Shown: positions 19,151-32,267 of the stretch, one piece after another | How the letters are laid out: each line of letters starts with the position of its first letter | Position numbering within the stretch: position 1 is the first letter of the stretch | Source: Novakomyces olei | Lineage: Eukaryota | Direction: 5' to 3' | Assembly (NCBI GenBank): GCA_016906335.1 | Contig: JADEYG010000003.1 | Coordinates: forward strand, 930,001 to 994,000 | DNA length: 64,000 bases | Position numbers and translations under genes: made by a program | The notes under the pieces: model-generated | Databases searched by the model: none | Told to the model about the DNA's origin: nothing | The model's input: only the letters and a program-made list of their open reading frames with translations

Positions 19151-19576
19151 TTTGGCGTATTGTAGGTTCAGTGAATAGGGAGGTTCTTGTTATTTTATTT
19201 TCTCATTTATTTATTAGATAAATGACAATGATTGTCACATGCACACTAGTTTATTAGTGCTCTGCATTTTATTATCTAGAATTATTCAATGTATCGTTAT
19301 TTCAATGTATCGTTATTCCATTAATCAAAGTGTTTGCTGATGGGCCGTGTCAAGGATAGGCTATTTCGACCTGCAATATAGATCCTGGCCAAAATTAAAG
19401 GGTTGTCGTTTACGCTGCACTTGTATACCACAGCAGACGGGAAACGCAATCATAATCCAACTAATTCATTATCGGGTACTCCAAACTGACTACGCTAGGA
19501 ATCGGCATAACAATAAACCCAAGCTTTATAAAAAAAGAAAAAGACAGGTAGACACGTAGTGAGCCAAGTGCATTGT

Positions 19577-20028
<452 letters not shown>

Positions 20029-20100
20029 GATCTCTTGAGAGAAAGGATCTGTAAGCTCAAGCTGGTTTGTTTTGTTTTGTTGCAATGAGCGGGTGTCACG

Positions 20101-20176
20101 CTATTTATACTCGCGTGAAATCATTGCTGCTTATATTATATTGTGTCAGGGTTTTCTTACGCGAATAATTAGGGTT
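20101..20176 (-). promoter_or_regulatory. H2B promoter: TATA box plus two AACCCT boxes and MCB-like CGCG cores
   Basis: TATAAATAG on the minus strand at 20101-20109. AGGGTT at 20148-20153 and 20171-20176 reads AACCCT on the minus strand. TCGCGT and ACGCGA are nearby. Confidence 0.55.
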
Positions 20177-20584
20177 TTTGTTATCCGGGGAATGATCGTG
20201 GGCATTGGAATTCGGTAACACTGCCGTGTTTAAGCTTTGCTTTGTATTTTATACATAGCCAGTCGAGCTCTTTATTGACGCTGATGCGGTCAATATTTCA
20301 GTCTTGTCATAGATCACTGCTGATGAAACAAGGGCTTAATATTATTTACGTGCGGCCTTATACCTATACGCAATATTGCCTGAGCCACGTGCTTTATCCG
20401 CAGATATTAAATGTAGATTATTCTGATTTTTCAGCCCAAACAATGTACCGTCGTTACACTAGACAATCACTTTTGCCATATATTATTCCACATTTATTAT
20501 TTATTATATAGCAGCTATTTATTATTATTTATCTATTAAACAACCACCAAACTCGTCACCGTGCTGCGGCCTTTATCTCCTTGC

Positions 20585-22379
20585 ATGGAGAACAGCCGCA
20601 GCGACAAGGCTACGGCTTCAATGCCTGGCTCAGCTAAACCGTCGGCGTCTACTAAAATTGCTGGCTACGCTTCTCCCGGAAGCGATGCCGCCTCTGTCCC
20701 GACTTCATCGGCTTCATTATCGCCTCGAAAAAGGCGGTCGCGAACGAACTTGCGCGACCGTTTTATCCCCTCTCGAGAAGGCGTTGATCTTCAAGCCGGC
20801 TATAAGCTTATGACTGATGAAATAATCGAGCCTCGGACACCGACTCGGAACCGTCGTGACTGTAAGTGAAATTGATCTTGTCTAATTAGATACTACGGCC
20901 TCTGTGTCTTGTTGTACAGCATGTTTTATTTGTGTTCGAAACTGTTGTGCTTGAAACAGTTTTCTTTTTGCTTCAACTTGAAATCTTTTTATTTATTTAT
21001 TTATTTATTTATTTTTCAACTTGAAATCTGTTTATTTATTTATTTATTTATTTGTTTCTTTCTTTCTTTCCCTCTCTCTTACGTTAGTAAACGACGCGGA
21101 TCGCACGTTTTCCACCCTTTTACAATCAGAACTGTTTGGCAACAATGTCCCTGGAAGCAGCCACTCATCAATCGACTCGTCTGCAATTACAACGCCGCCT
21201 CACTCGGCGCGAATCCACTCGCCGCCTTCAAGATCAACGCCTTCACGCAATTTATTTAATTTTAATTCGCCCAGTCGGACTCCACAGACACCGACAAGTG
21301 GCAGCGGTGGGGCTCGGGCAGGGTTTGATCTGCCCACGCGTGATATTTATTCACTGTCCCCAGTTAAATTTGACTCTCAGCGGCTGCTACTTTCCCCCCG
21401 GCACGCCCCACGATCTGTGCCCAAGACGCCATACAAAGTACTTGATGCCCCCGCGTTAGAAGACGACTTTTATCTTAATTTAGTGGACTGGGGCCCTTCT
21501 AACCAGCTGGCTGTCGGCCTGGCTTCCTGTGTTTACACGTGGAATGCAAACAGTGGAAAAGTAACAAAGCTCTGCGATGTAGGCCCCAATCATTTAGTGA
21601 CTTCAGTCGCCTGGATTTCACGAGGCCAGCATATTGCTGTTGGACGTAGTGATGGAATAGTTCAAATTTGGGAATCAGAAACTCTGCAATTGACCCGCAG
21701 TATGACGGGCCATGCTGACAGGGTTGCTTGTATGTCTTGGAATGAGCACATTCTGACCACGGGGGGCCGTGACTACAACATATTTCATAGGGACGTTCGT
21801 GTGCCGGAGCATTACTTTCGCAGGCTGACAAGCCATGACCAGGAAGTATGTGGGCTGCGATGGAGCACGGATGATGGCCAACTCGCTTCCGGAGGCAATG
21901 ACAACAAGCTTATTGTATGGGACAGGTTAGAGAGTCGACCATTGCATACTTTTACCGCCCATACAGCTGCAGTAAAGGCAATTGGCTGGAATCCTCACAG
22001 TCGAGGCATTTTAGCGTCTGGTGGAGGAACTGCGGATAGGAGTATGCGGTTCTGGAACACACGTACTGGGCAGCTAATGAATACCGTGGACACGGGGTCT
22101 CAAGTGTGCAATTTAGCCTGGTCACGGACATGTAACGAGATTGTCACCACGCATGGATTTAGTGAAAATCAGGTTGTTCTATGGAAGTACCCGTCAATGA
22201 CGCAAGTGGCCAGTCTGACAGGACACGCTTGCCGTGTGCTCTATTTGACTATGAGCCCAGACGGTGAGACTATCGTCACTGGGGCGGGGGACGAAACTCT
22301 ACGATTTTGGAGCGTTTTCCCGTCCAGTTCACGCAAGGAAACTCGAAGCTCTCTCGACCCTGTAAAGCTCATTCGTTAA
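20585..22379 (+). CDS. CDH1: APC/C activator Cdh1/Fzr1/Srw1 (intron 20862-21087)
   Basis: C-box DRFIPSR, YSLSPV, PYKVLDAPALEDDFYLNLVDW, WD40 repeats, C-terminal IR tail. Confidence 0.95.
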
Positions 22380-23163
22380 AGTTTTTTACGTTTAGGGTTA
22401 ATGGGCTTTAGAATGTTTAGGGTTAGGGTTATTCTTGAGTCAGGTCTTTATAGGATTGGGGATTTTGTCTATTCCTCTTTGTCTCTTTGTGCGACAGTTT
22501 GCGCACAATGAAACAAGTCGTCCAGAGTTTTGGTGGTTTGATATCCAAGGGTGTTTATTTTCCCTTATCCGTTTGGTTATTAGCAGCACGGTATTTTGTT
22601 TAAATGGTGTTTTGACTTTGACTATATTAGTGGCTTGGTCCGGGCCTTGGTTTTTATATTACAACACCAGCAAGTTTTGCATGAAATTTTGGGATTGCAT
22701 AATGTATGCAAAGATTTCTGGAACAGCCATTTGGGTTTCAATTGGAGAAAAGTATGGCTGATGTATGGTACATAACGCAGAGAACAGTGCTTTGTTTTAT
22801 TCTATTATTTGGACTAAAATTTACAAAACTTTGGCTAAATAAAATTAATCGCTTACCAATATTTTATTTTACGCTATTTAAGATCGGCTTTTAAATCAAT
22901 ATGCATCATTGTCTCTGCATGAATATATAATAATGGCAAAGAATTTTTGGAAATTGCACTTTTTATCTGATTCACGTAGCCATGTATTTAAATTCAATCT
23001 ATTTCTTGCATCATAGCCTAAGCGGGTCAAGAGTTAGTGTAATTGGAAGTATATTTAGTCGTACATTGGTCTAAATATTGTACAGTAAAAGGCGGGCATA
23101 ATTTGTGCTATCGATATATTTTGAAAGCCAGAAATATATTAAATATCCTTTCTAAACTAAGTT

Positions 23164-23202
<39 letters not shown>

Positions 23203-23339
23203 ACAATTGCAATGAATAGAAATTAAATGAATTCCATCGTTCAAAGGACGTAATGAATACACTAATCATTCTAGGCCCAACTAGAAAATGTTCATGTATG
23301 ATTTATTACCCTACATCAATATGCCGTTCAACCCAATTC

Positions 23340-24565
23340 TTAAGCTAATTCTACACTCGTCGGCCTTGACACGTATAACGCTAAGCGCCAAAGCTCGTCA
23401 CCTAGCGAGCGAGCTGCCTTTTGCTCCAAAACCAGCATCGCCAAACTGGACGTATCTACTCCTTCGCGAGAATTGACCCCACAATGTTTTTGCACTGTGT
23501 TTAATCCAGTATCGTCAAGCAATGCATTTAGCTGAATACAAGGCTGTAAAGACCCAGAGTTTAGTACTCGGAATGGCGCTTTGCTTTCCCCGTTTAAATC
23601 AATCAGCAACCATCCGTATTTGATTCTTCTAAATTTTGGAACTTTGTCGCTTTTTTTCTCAACCTGGTCGGCCTCTTTCTGGTCTGTTTTCCGTATAACT
23701 TGACTTGCATCGAGCTCTCGGTCATTGTGCACTATTTTCAAAAACCCTTTATCAAAAGCTTCGAGCAGCATTTGCACTGTGCGATCACGATAAAATTGTA
23801 GTAAATCAGTCGCAGTGTCTGGTCGCCAATTAAGCGAGTTGCTGTGTGATGTTGCTCGAGGGGAAGCTAGGCGCGTGCTCATTACACCAGAGACACTGCG
23901 CACATTTGACTGCTGCACTGTCGCCAAAGCATCCAGTCTTGACGCAAAATAAACGCCTCCTCCACGTTGAGGAAGAAATTCTGAAGGCAAAAGCTCTTTA
24001 CCGGTTGCACCAATTACCGCCTGCATACGTACGAGAAAAGCTGGAAATGTAAATATATAAATTTTAATTAATAATTTTGATTACAATTATAAAATCATAA
24101 ATGTAATCAATCTCGCAAGAAAATAGAGCAATGGAAAATAGGCAACTTTTTTTCTTATATTTTTTATAATTTTTTCTTATTTTTCTAAATCCTTCTTAAA
24201 TATATATATAAACTTCATATACTAAAAGAATCAAAATGTGATCCCTAAACGGCCGTGGACAAGAATAATATTGGCATACCTGAGGGAAGACGAGCAGACG
24301 AAACAGTCTCCCGTCTTACAGAAGTAGCTAGAGCGCGTGCAGCCGGAAGGGACCGTAGTAAAGGAGCCATTTGCGATTGTGTAAGCAATTCGCGGTCAAC
24401 ATCTTCTAGCTGAGATCGCCTTCGTGATTTGACTGTGTCCTTGCGCCAGGCAGAGATGTCCGGTATATCGTCGCGAAGATGCCTCGGAGTACTATTTTGC
24501 TGTCTACCAAAGCACAAAAATGCGCTTTGATTCCAAAGAGGATGCCGATTTTGAGCTCGAAACAT
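23340..24565 (-). CDS. Conserved fungal protein, RRG8-like (probably mitochondrial; AT-rich intron about 24250-24040)
   Basis: Two ORFs are separated by an AT-rich intron-like gap. LRSLPAARALATSVRRETVSSARLP resembles an RRG8-type motif, and the C-terminus is ELWRLALY. Confidence 0.5.
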
Positions 24566-24943
24566 TAGACATTATGAAGAGAGCATTGATAACAATCATG
24601 AATCAATGAGCAGCAATTGTTGGTAATCAATTGGTCTTGTTGAACATTTTATGATTATTTAATTATTTCGATTGTGCAGTATCAATTAAATTATATTATT
24701 CAATTAATTGCTCTCTTTCGTATATTTAATTATCTACTTGATGTTTCCCCAAGTTTATTATTAAAACAAGTAGAGTCCATACACCGGATTAAAGATTAAT
24801 CGTGTAGCGTAAATATGAAGCAAAATTATAATTATCATTATATATTTATCCTATGATTTTTTATAATTTTATAATTTTTCTACAATACTATATTTAATCA
24901 TTCTAATTAACTCTTTTGTTGCAAAATACTCGTCTCTGCTGGG

Positions 24944-25740
24944 ATGAGCAATGGAGCCTTTCGGCGTCGGACATTCTTGCTCTTGTCAAGTCTTCATCGA
25001 GTATGAACAATTCGTTTTTAATTGAAATGCCTTTTACAATTTCCCATCTTTTTCTTTTTGCTTCAATTCTAAACGATTAGTGTCCAAGCTCAGTGCGACG
25101 GCAAAGTTCGGTGATTGACAGTTTTCGTGGGCTAATGAGGCGAATGCCTCAGCCCGTGGTCGTAATTACTGCCGCAGACTCGGAGCCATCGTCACAAGGC
25201 GTACGAGGACTAACGGCCTCGTCATTTGCTTCTCTTTCAGTGCAGCCACGGCCACTAGTCTGCTTTAATATTCGCGTCCCCAGTCGGACGGACGAAAGTA
25301 TCCGGAAATCAGGACGGTTTGTCGCACACATACTCGGAGACTCGGAAGGTCACATGCTTTGGGCTCGCAGTATGGCCGGGGCTGCAGTCAGTATTGCCAG
25401 CAATAATAATGTTAATAATATTAATAATATTAATAACAATAATAATAATAATAAAAGAGCTGATCCTGGCCCTGTCAATGAAAGACCTGGCACTCCCTCT
25501 GCCATCCCGCCTGATGCTTGCAGCGTTAGAGACTTGGAATGGTCGCTAAGCGCAGAGGGAGTACCGCACGTCAAAAACGTTGTGGGACTACTGCATTGCC
25601 GCAGTTACACGCACGTGGATCTAGAAGATCATCGGCTGTGGATTGCAGAGGTTACGCGTGTTGAACTTGGCAGCGGTGCAGACGCTTCTGCAATGGTTTA
25701 TTTCGACCGCAAATTTCACAGACTGGGACGGGAATTGTAG
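24944..25740 (+). CDS. Flavin reductase-like FMN-binding protein (exons 24944-25000, 25081-25740)
   Basis: FRGLMRRMPQPVVVIT..RGLTASSFASLS..P LVCFNI..DHRLWIAEV..MVYFDRKF. The Arg-rich N-terminus resembles a mitochondrial presequence, and there is a poly-Asn insert. Confidence 0.85.
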
Positions 25741-26260
25741 AATATGGTCTTGTGTAATGGGAAGATTACAAGGTCAACGCTGGTCTAGCAGGCACGGGTT
25801 TTGGCCGGGTCGCTATACTTCAACATGTCTAGTCGGCATTATATATGATGAATATTATATGTGTTATTATAAATTTCTTGTTGATATGCCAATATAATTA
25901 TCCAGTATTCAGTGTACGTCTGTAGTATATATTGGCATGTACATATATTTTCATATATTTTCATATATTCAAATAATAAATTTTATATACACTTAAACAA
26001 GTAAGCCGTAGCAAAAGTATAAAATAATCATAGAATTATTATCTGCCGTAGATTAGAAAAGGGCCAAAAAAAGGGGTTTAAGTTTACAACCATACTTGTC
26101 GGCAATTGCTGTCGCAATTGCTGACCCGTAATTATTACGTGGGCCTTTTTGGACCAGCATTTGCTCTCATTGCCTACTCTCCGTCGTCTGCTGTTGTTGG
26201 ACCGTTTGGCCATTCGGTCTCGTTTAGCGGGCAGCGGGCAGATAAGATCAAATTTTCGCG

Positions 26261-28053
26261 ATGGATAGTACAACAGATCAACAATCTAACGGATCGCTGG
26301 CTCACAAACCCTTCAATTTCTCGGTACAGAACCACATGGAAAAACCGGGTTTTCCGCTGAACGCTTTTGATATCGAAACGAGCGGAGATGTCTTTCATGT
26401 TGCGGGCGATCAAGACCCTCACCGGCCGTCGGACCAAGCTTTCTCTAACTTTGTATCGCCCAGCGATACAGCTGCTCCTCCTTCAACAGGGCCGACCGTC
26501 TACGAAGACCTTGATTTGTCAAACATTGAAGAGGTTAGTTTACAAGCATCTTTTTATGGATTTTGATTTTGATAAGACAAGTTATTGCCCTTTGTTATTC
26601 TATTTCTAACTTTTAGATGTTATTCACGCCTCTGCTTTCACCCGCCGCTACACCTATGAACCCGTTCCCTCAAAGTTTCCAATTGAACCCTACATCATTC
26701 GCCTACCGCGGAACAGCGAGTGCTCCAACCTCACAGGCGCCTCAGCCCCATGACGCTCAACCACACTTGTCTCAACAGCCTCAGGCGCAAGATTTAAGCC
26801 AGCAAAATTATGGGTTTATGGACGATGTTGCCGGGTTCAGTCTGGTAGCTCCTGCTATGGGCGACCAACAGGCCAGTGGCTGGCCTGTTAATGGTCTGCC
26901 CGCCTCAACTCTCAATGAAAACAGTTCCTCTTCCAATAGCAACGATTCGTCTTTGACTGAAAGACCGAGAAAGCTGAAACGTAAAACTGCCCAGCAGCAA
27001 AATGCATCTGCTCCAATGACTCCGGCAATGCTGATGCAGCAGCAAAGAGCGCAAAGACAACAGCAGCAGCAGCAGCAACATGCTGATGGAAATGCCGAGC
27101 AGGAGACAGAGCCGACGAACGAATCTGTAAAAATGCCTCCTTCAGCAGTCCCAAGCTCGAGGCATTCAAGGCACTCTGCGAGTATTAACTCAGCAATTAG
27201 TACAAGCTCTAGCACGAACACTGGTTCGCGGGAGATGACTGCCTCTGGCCGGCAACGGTCTCGATCTCGATCTAAACGGTCCTCAATGCCGAACCATTCT
27301 CCTTTGATCTACCCGGCAATTTCTCCACAGCTGAGACCTAATTTGCCAGAGGGAGCCAGTCAGCAGGCGGTAGCTCAGCTCACAAATAAATCGAATTATC
27401 AGAATATTATAGAGGGCAATCATGAGCAGCTGGGGATAAATGTGCCGGCGGCATTTAGCAATGGACTCGATAGTCGCCGCTCGAGCCATAAACAGGCAGA
27501 GCAAAAGCGGCGTGATCATATGAAGAACTGCTTCGACGATTTAAAGAATTTGCTGCCTTTTGCGTCCGTCGAGGCAGTAGAGTCCAAAGTGACAATGCTG
27601 CGGAAGACTACAGAGTATATTGTGGACTTAAAGTCCGTACTCAACGCACAAAATGCCGAGATTGCTCGATTAAAATCGGAGAATAGGGCTTTAACATTGG
27701 AAAATAAGGCGTTTAAGGGTGAACGTGACTCGGAAAACGAAGCAAGTTCAGGTGTTGCACATAAAGGTCTGAAAACGGAGGCTGATGTGAAAATGGGGCT
27801 GAGCAAGAGGGAAAGCAGTTGTCAACTGGAAAACTCTGTGAATGAGAGCAGATTAAAGAGCGGCAGCGAGTTCAGTTCAGCCAGTACACCCGTGTCTTTT
27901 TCTGGGTCTGATGGGGCTCCGTCCAAAGCCAAGTTTTATACTGAAACAGCGTCACAAGGCGATGGGAACTCTGACGGCAAATCACCGGCAGAATCTGATA
28001 TTGATAAGGTAGGGAAAAGCTCAGAGTCACACGCAGAGTCTCCCGAATGCTGA
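26261..28053 (+). CDS. PHO4: bHLH phosphate regulator, Pho4/NUC-1/PalcA-like (intron 26534-26616)
   Basis: FTPLLSPAATP, PAISP, KSNYQNIIEG, and RRSSHKQAEQKRRDHMKNCFDDLKNLLP..SKVTMLRKTTEYIVDL. Confidence 0.75.
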
Positions 28054-28614
28054 TTTTTTTTATTTTATCTTATCGGCAAAATCACACTGGCCTCAATTGA
28101 TACCCTTACTTTATAATAACTTGACGACATTGTGTATTAGTATTACGGTTTATATAGCAAATTTAGAGTGCAGTCTAGTGTTTAGAATAATTGCATTTGT
28201 TTTCGTGGATAAGAAAAGTTGGAAAAGTTGAAGGACAAGGATTGGTGAAGCAAAGCAAGTTTGGTCGCATTAGATCTTGTTGTTATAAGGAGCAGATTAA
28301 ATGAAGTGAAATAATTAAGGAAAATACCAGACTGGCGTATTTCCTTGTAATATTAGTCGCCTTGATTTGAAGAATGTAAACAAATAATTAATTAACTAAT
28401 TAATTATATAAATATCAAATAATAAATAGCAAATGGCAAATGGCAAACAACATGTCTACAAGACAGACTAGTAAAGTAATACGGAGAGAGTATCAAACAG
28501 ACAATGTATACATACATGAATGAATGAATGCATTTGTATAAATCATGACGACTCATTGACTATAAACAACCTCATTTTCGGATATAACCCTAACCCTACC
28601 AGATTCTAAACTAA

Positions 28615-30573
28615 TCACACTTGGGGCCGGGCCGCTGGGCGCAGGGCCCCCACATTCAGTATCCGACGAATATTCCGGCCCGGATTAAGAGCAGCGGCGG
28701 AAAACGAACGCGCGCTAAAACACTGCCTTTGCCTCTCCTCACTCAGCTTGTTCACGTCGACCAGAGTTCCCTCGACAACCACCTGTGGCTCTCTTGGAGT
28801 TGAAGCATGCAAAATGGAAATATGAGCTCTTTCATACGAAGTCCCCAGCAATCCTCGAAGCCCTGGCCAGGGCCTTCTGCTGCCCACACTCGGATCCAAC
28901 ACGGCCAGATGTGACTGAGTAAAAGGCAGTGATTTTGAGGTACTTTCATCCTCATCTGCAATTGCTCTTGATCCATCACCATCGAGCACAGTCTGACGGC
29001 AACTTCGAGCAGCAGCTGCCTGCAGAACCGCTGCCATATCTGCCCGATTTTGAGCGGTAGCATTTTCAGTTTCCTGCTTGTGTCGACGAGAAGAGAAAAG
29101 TGCACTAGAACTGAAATCTGGTAGAGTATGAGCCCGACGTCGAGCTGCCATTTGGCTCTGCTGTAGTTGTCTGTGAAGTGACCTCGGATTTAAAAGGCAC
29201 GTTCGATCAAGCGAGATTATAAAATCTGCAGAAGGCCGCCTCAAGGCCGCCTCGATTGCAGCATTATGGCTCTCGCTGCGATGAAGAGCTGAAGACCGAG
29301 CGGTGTCGCTCACTCCGGACGTAGTTCTCCGGCAGGTATTGTTGCTGTTGTTGTTGTTGTTGTTATTGTTATTTTTATTATTGTTATTGTTACTATTAGT
29401 ATGATTATTGTTGTTAATACTGTTATTGTTCGAGCCAGAGGTTGTACTGCCTCTATTGCCTCCAGATCTTGTAGAATGATGAGTCGTGTGCCGCCGGCGT
29501 CGACGGGAAACAAGAGAAGCAAAATGAGGAAAATGCATTTCGTCCAAGTCCAAAGCGACATTGGCTCCACACTGGATTGCCTCCACCCACGCGATAGCTT
29601 CAATAGGGTTACAGAGCTGTAGCAAAAACTGTACATTTTCCAGCCGGACACGAACACAGTTGGGCCGTTTCATATAATCCGTAGCGAGTCCTACTTGGCC
29701 GTAGGCAAGAGAGAAACTACGAATAAGCTGAGAATTGCCGGTACTGCTACTATTGCCGCCTTCCTGTCGGAAAACTTGGAGCAAAGTGCCCTGCAGGGCA
29801 ATTCGAACCAGGTGCCACGAACGGTACGAGGCGGGTGTATCAAAATCCTCGAGTTCCAGTTTCCGCGGGACAATAGCCGTGCGTGAAACTGAGCACGAGT
29901 ATGCTGGTGGAGGGGAGAATGCAGCGGGCGCTGAAGATGATAATGCTGAGGCAGAATAGCCTGCAGAAAAAGGTGGGGGTCCATCAAGTGGGGGTCCAAC
30001 AAGTGGGGCCCCGTCTGACAGTGAGCGGAACGGTGGGGGCGGTGAACGAGGGCAGGATTGTCGATTATGACGAGGGAAAGCGATGGGCTCAAGCCTCTGC
30101 CCTTTGCCCAAGGGCAAAGTCCTATCAATGTCCAAGGGCAGTTGCGGTGGAGTATGGTAGTCTGTAAAGACTGGTGGAGGAGGCAATTCAGAGGAGATTG
30201 AAGAGGCTGTTGAGCCGGCAGTGGCTGCCGGCGTAGCGGCCGAGCAGTCGTCCGCCTCGTCAAACTCTGCCGAGTCGGCGTCGGACGATAATTCTCCTTC
30301 TTCTTCTCTTTCTTCTTCTCTTTCTTCAGCTCTTTCGTCCTCAGCTCCTTCTTCAGCTCCTTCTTCGGCTCCATATACGGATCCTGAGAAATGGATTTCT
30401 GCAATTTCCGAGGGAGACAGCTCTGAGGCTACTGCATCAGACTGTGCATTATCCTCCGACTCGTCGGCGCGTAAATCATCGTATTTTACAAAATTGTGTG
30501 TCCTCGACGCGAGTATAGGCAGATGGCACTTGCCGTCTTGCGCTCTAGGCGGCTGCCGCAAAGGCGCGATCAT
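28615..30573 (-). CDS. PH-domain protein (YHR131C/YNL144C-like)
   Basis: PPAYSCSV..RKLELE..RSWHLVRIALQGTLL..FSLAYGQVGLATDYMKRPNCVRVRLENVQFLL..ALDLDE. Confidence 0.8.
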   Translation of the reverse strand: MIAPLRQPPRAQDGKCHLPILASRTHNFVKYDDLRADESEDNAQSDAVASELSPSEIAEIHFSGSVYGAEEGAEEGAEDERAEEREEEREEEGELSSDADSAEFDEADDCSAATPAATAGSTASSISSELPPPPVFTDYHTPPQLPLDIDRTLPLGKGQRLEPIAFPRHNRQSCPRSPPPPFRSLSDGAPLVGPPLDGPPPFSAGYSASALSSSAPAAFSPPPAYSCSVSRTAIVPRKLELEDFDTPASYRSWHLVRIALQGTLLQVFRQEGGNSSSTGNSQLIRSFSLAYGQVGLATDYMKRPNCVRVRLENVQFLLQLCNPIEAIAWVEAIQCGANVALDLDEMHFPHFASLVSRRRRRHTTHHSTRSGGNRGSTTSGSNNNSINNNNHTNSNNNNNKNNNNNNNNNSNNTCRRTTSGVSDTARSSALHRSESHNAAIEAALRRPSADFIISLDRTCLLNPRSLHRQLQQSQMAARRRAHTLPDFSSSALFSSRRHKQETENATAQNRADMAAVLQAAAARSCRQTVLDGDGSRAIADEDESTSKSLPFTQSHLAVLDPSVGSRRPWPGLRGLLGTSYERAHISILHASTPREPQVVVEGTLVDVNKLSEERQRQCFSARSFSAAALNPGRNIRRILNVGALRPAARPQV

Positions 30574-32123
30574 AATTGCTCAGTGGCCACGGACGGCTCC
30601 AGAGATCATATAGCTGGATTTATACTATACAAGATTAGCGCGCTGTTCAGTCTGGCCTGTTTGGCTTTTCTTTATTCGTATGATTTTCAGTCTGCTTGGC
30701 CCTTTTGATTTTTTCATTATTTGTTTCCATTATTCTTCTCTTTAATATTTGTCTCTAATATTTGTCTCTTGAATATTTTTCGTTTATTTTTCCTTTTTTT
30801 TTTCGTAAGTCTTGTTGGCAATCCTTGTCTCGTGCAGCTATAGTCTCACACCAAAAAAGTCGTGTAAACTGTGGTCGTGCGCGCACAAGCCACTGGGCTC
30901 ACGTACCTGTAACAGTCGACAAGTTAAAGCAGTGTCGTGTTGGATGTCTATCGTAGAATTTCGCGAGATGATCGAGCCTGAAGCTGCAAAGTGTCGAGTC
31001 TTTACGCCTGCTCCTTTATCAGTTTACAATTTATTTTGACCGGTCGATCCGGCGGCCCCGCAATGTTACTTGGACGAATATTGACAGGCAGGTAAGTAGC
31101 CCATTGACGTGTCTAGATTTGACGACTAAACCGACGAATCAGGAATTGTACGAGAAATACTTGACATTTGCAAGTAGTATTTTCGCACAGTTTGCAATGT
31201 ATTAGGCCTAATTAAAGAATAGCGGCTGAATGTGTGTGTACGCGCCGTGTTTTGTGTATACAGAGACACTATACGTACTGTGCTCGATAACGAGAAAATG
31301 TATACACCTCCAACACAGTATCTATCCCACATTTAATGGCACGCATAGTGATTTGTGGCGCAATTCACACAAGAGCAGCTATCTAATATTGTTATGGCGT
31401 AAAAGTGTTGTCTGCGTGCCGTTTACGCGTCGTCCACTGGAGAGCGTCGACCGCTTTAGATTTACGTTACACATCCACCAGCTCTGTTTTTCTATTGTCT
31501 TTGTTTACTTTCCTGCAACAGAATTCTTATGCACAACCTGCCTTCTCGTTACGCTTGTCCGGTCAGAAACACTATGGATTGCCTGTTACCCTATTGGGAT
31601 ATGCTGAGATCGCGTGCACTAGTTAATCCTTACATAATGAGTAAAGGGGACTTATCGTCCGAGTATTTGACAAGTAATGCCGGCGATACGGCGGACTGCG
31701 GTCTTCGCCGTAAATATCTCTCCTAATATTAGGGGTTTGGGTTCCTCCAGGGTTTCCCTTGCGTTTCTCTTTCTATATTTCTATTGCATCATAAATCCCC
31801 CGTACCCTTGACGCCTGTTCTTATCGCAGATTTCCTTTTTAATTTATTAAGGGAAAGGAGCAATGCAATGTAGCGGGAATGATGACATCGAGGTGCGTTG
31901 GTGAGCAGTATTCTTTCATGTCAGCAAATATCATACATTAATAATACGCCAAGCCCGGGGTATTTTATTCGTACTTTAGGGATTCAAGTTACTCGCCAAT
32001 CGCCGGGCAAACGTAATCTAATAGTAGATTATACATATTTGCGCCCTGAGCAAAACAAGATTAAAAGGAAGCATGTATAATAATTTTTATGAATTAACTG
32101 ATATATTAATTAATTAATTAATT

Positions 32124-32124
<1 letters not shown>

Positions 32125-32212
<88 letters not shown>

Positions 32213-32213
32213 T
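32125..32213. repeat. (TTTA)n microsatellite
   Basis: Direct tandem run. Confidence 0.95.
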
Positions 32214-32267
32214 AGCTTATTGTACAAGATGTGCCCTTGTAATAAAGGCCCATAGCAGTCATCATCA

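Noticed and set aside
22435-22761. 108-aa hydrophobic ORF after CDH1
   Set aside because: Non-ATG start, T-rich 3' UTR-like composition, no recognisable motif
23165-23200. A36 run as the tail of a retrocopy/SINE
   Set aside because: No TSD or recognisable upstream element; homopolymers are expected in this AT-repeat-rich genome
29691-30613. Alternative-frame and antisense ORFs over the PH-domain gene
   Set aside because: Shadows of low-complexity coding sequence
31090-31655. RNase MRP RNA on the minus strand (AAGTCCCC and GGGCT motifs)
   Set aside because: Poor match to conserved regions and unconvincing P4 pairing
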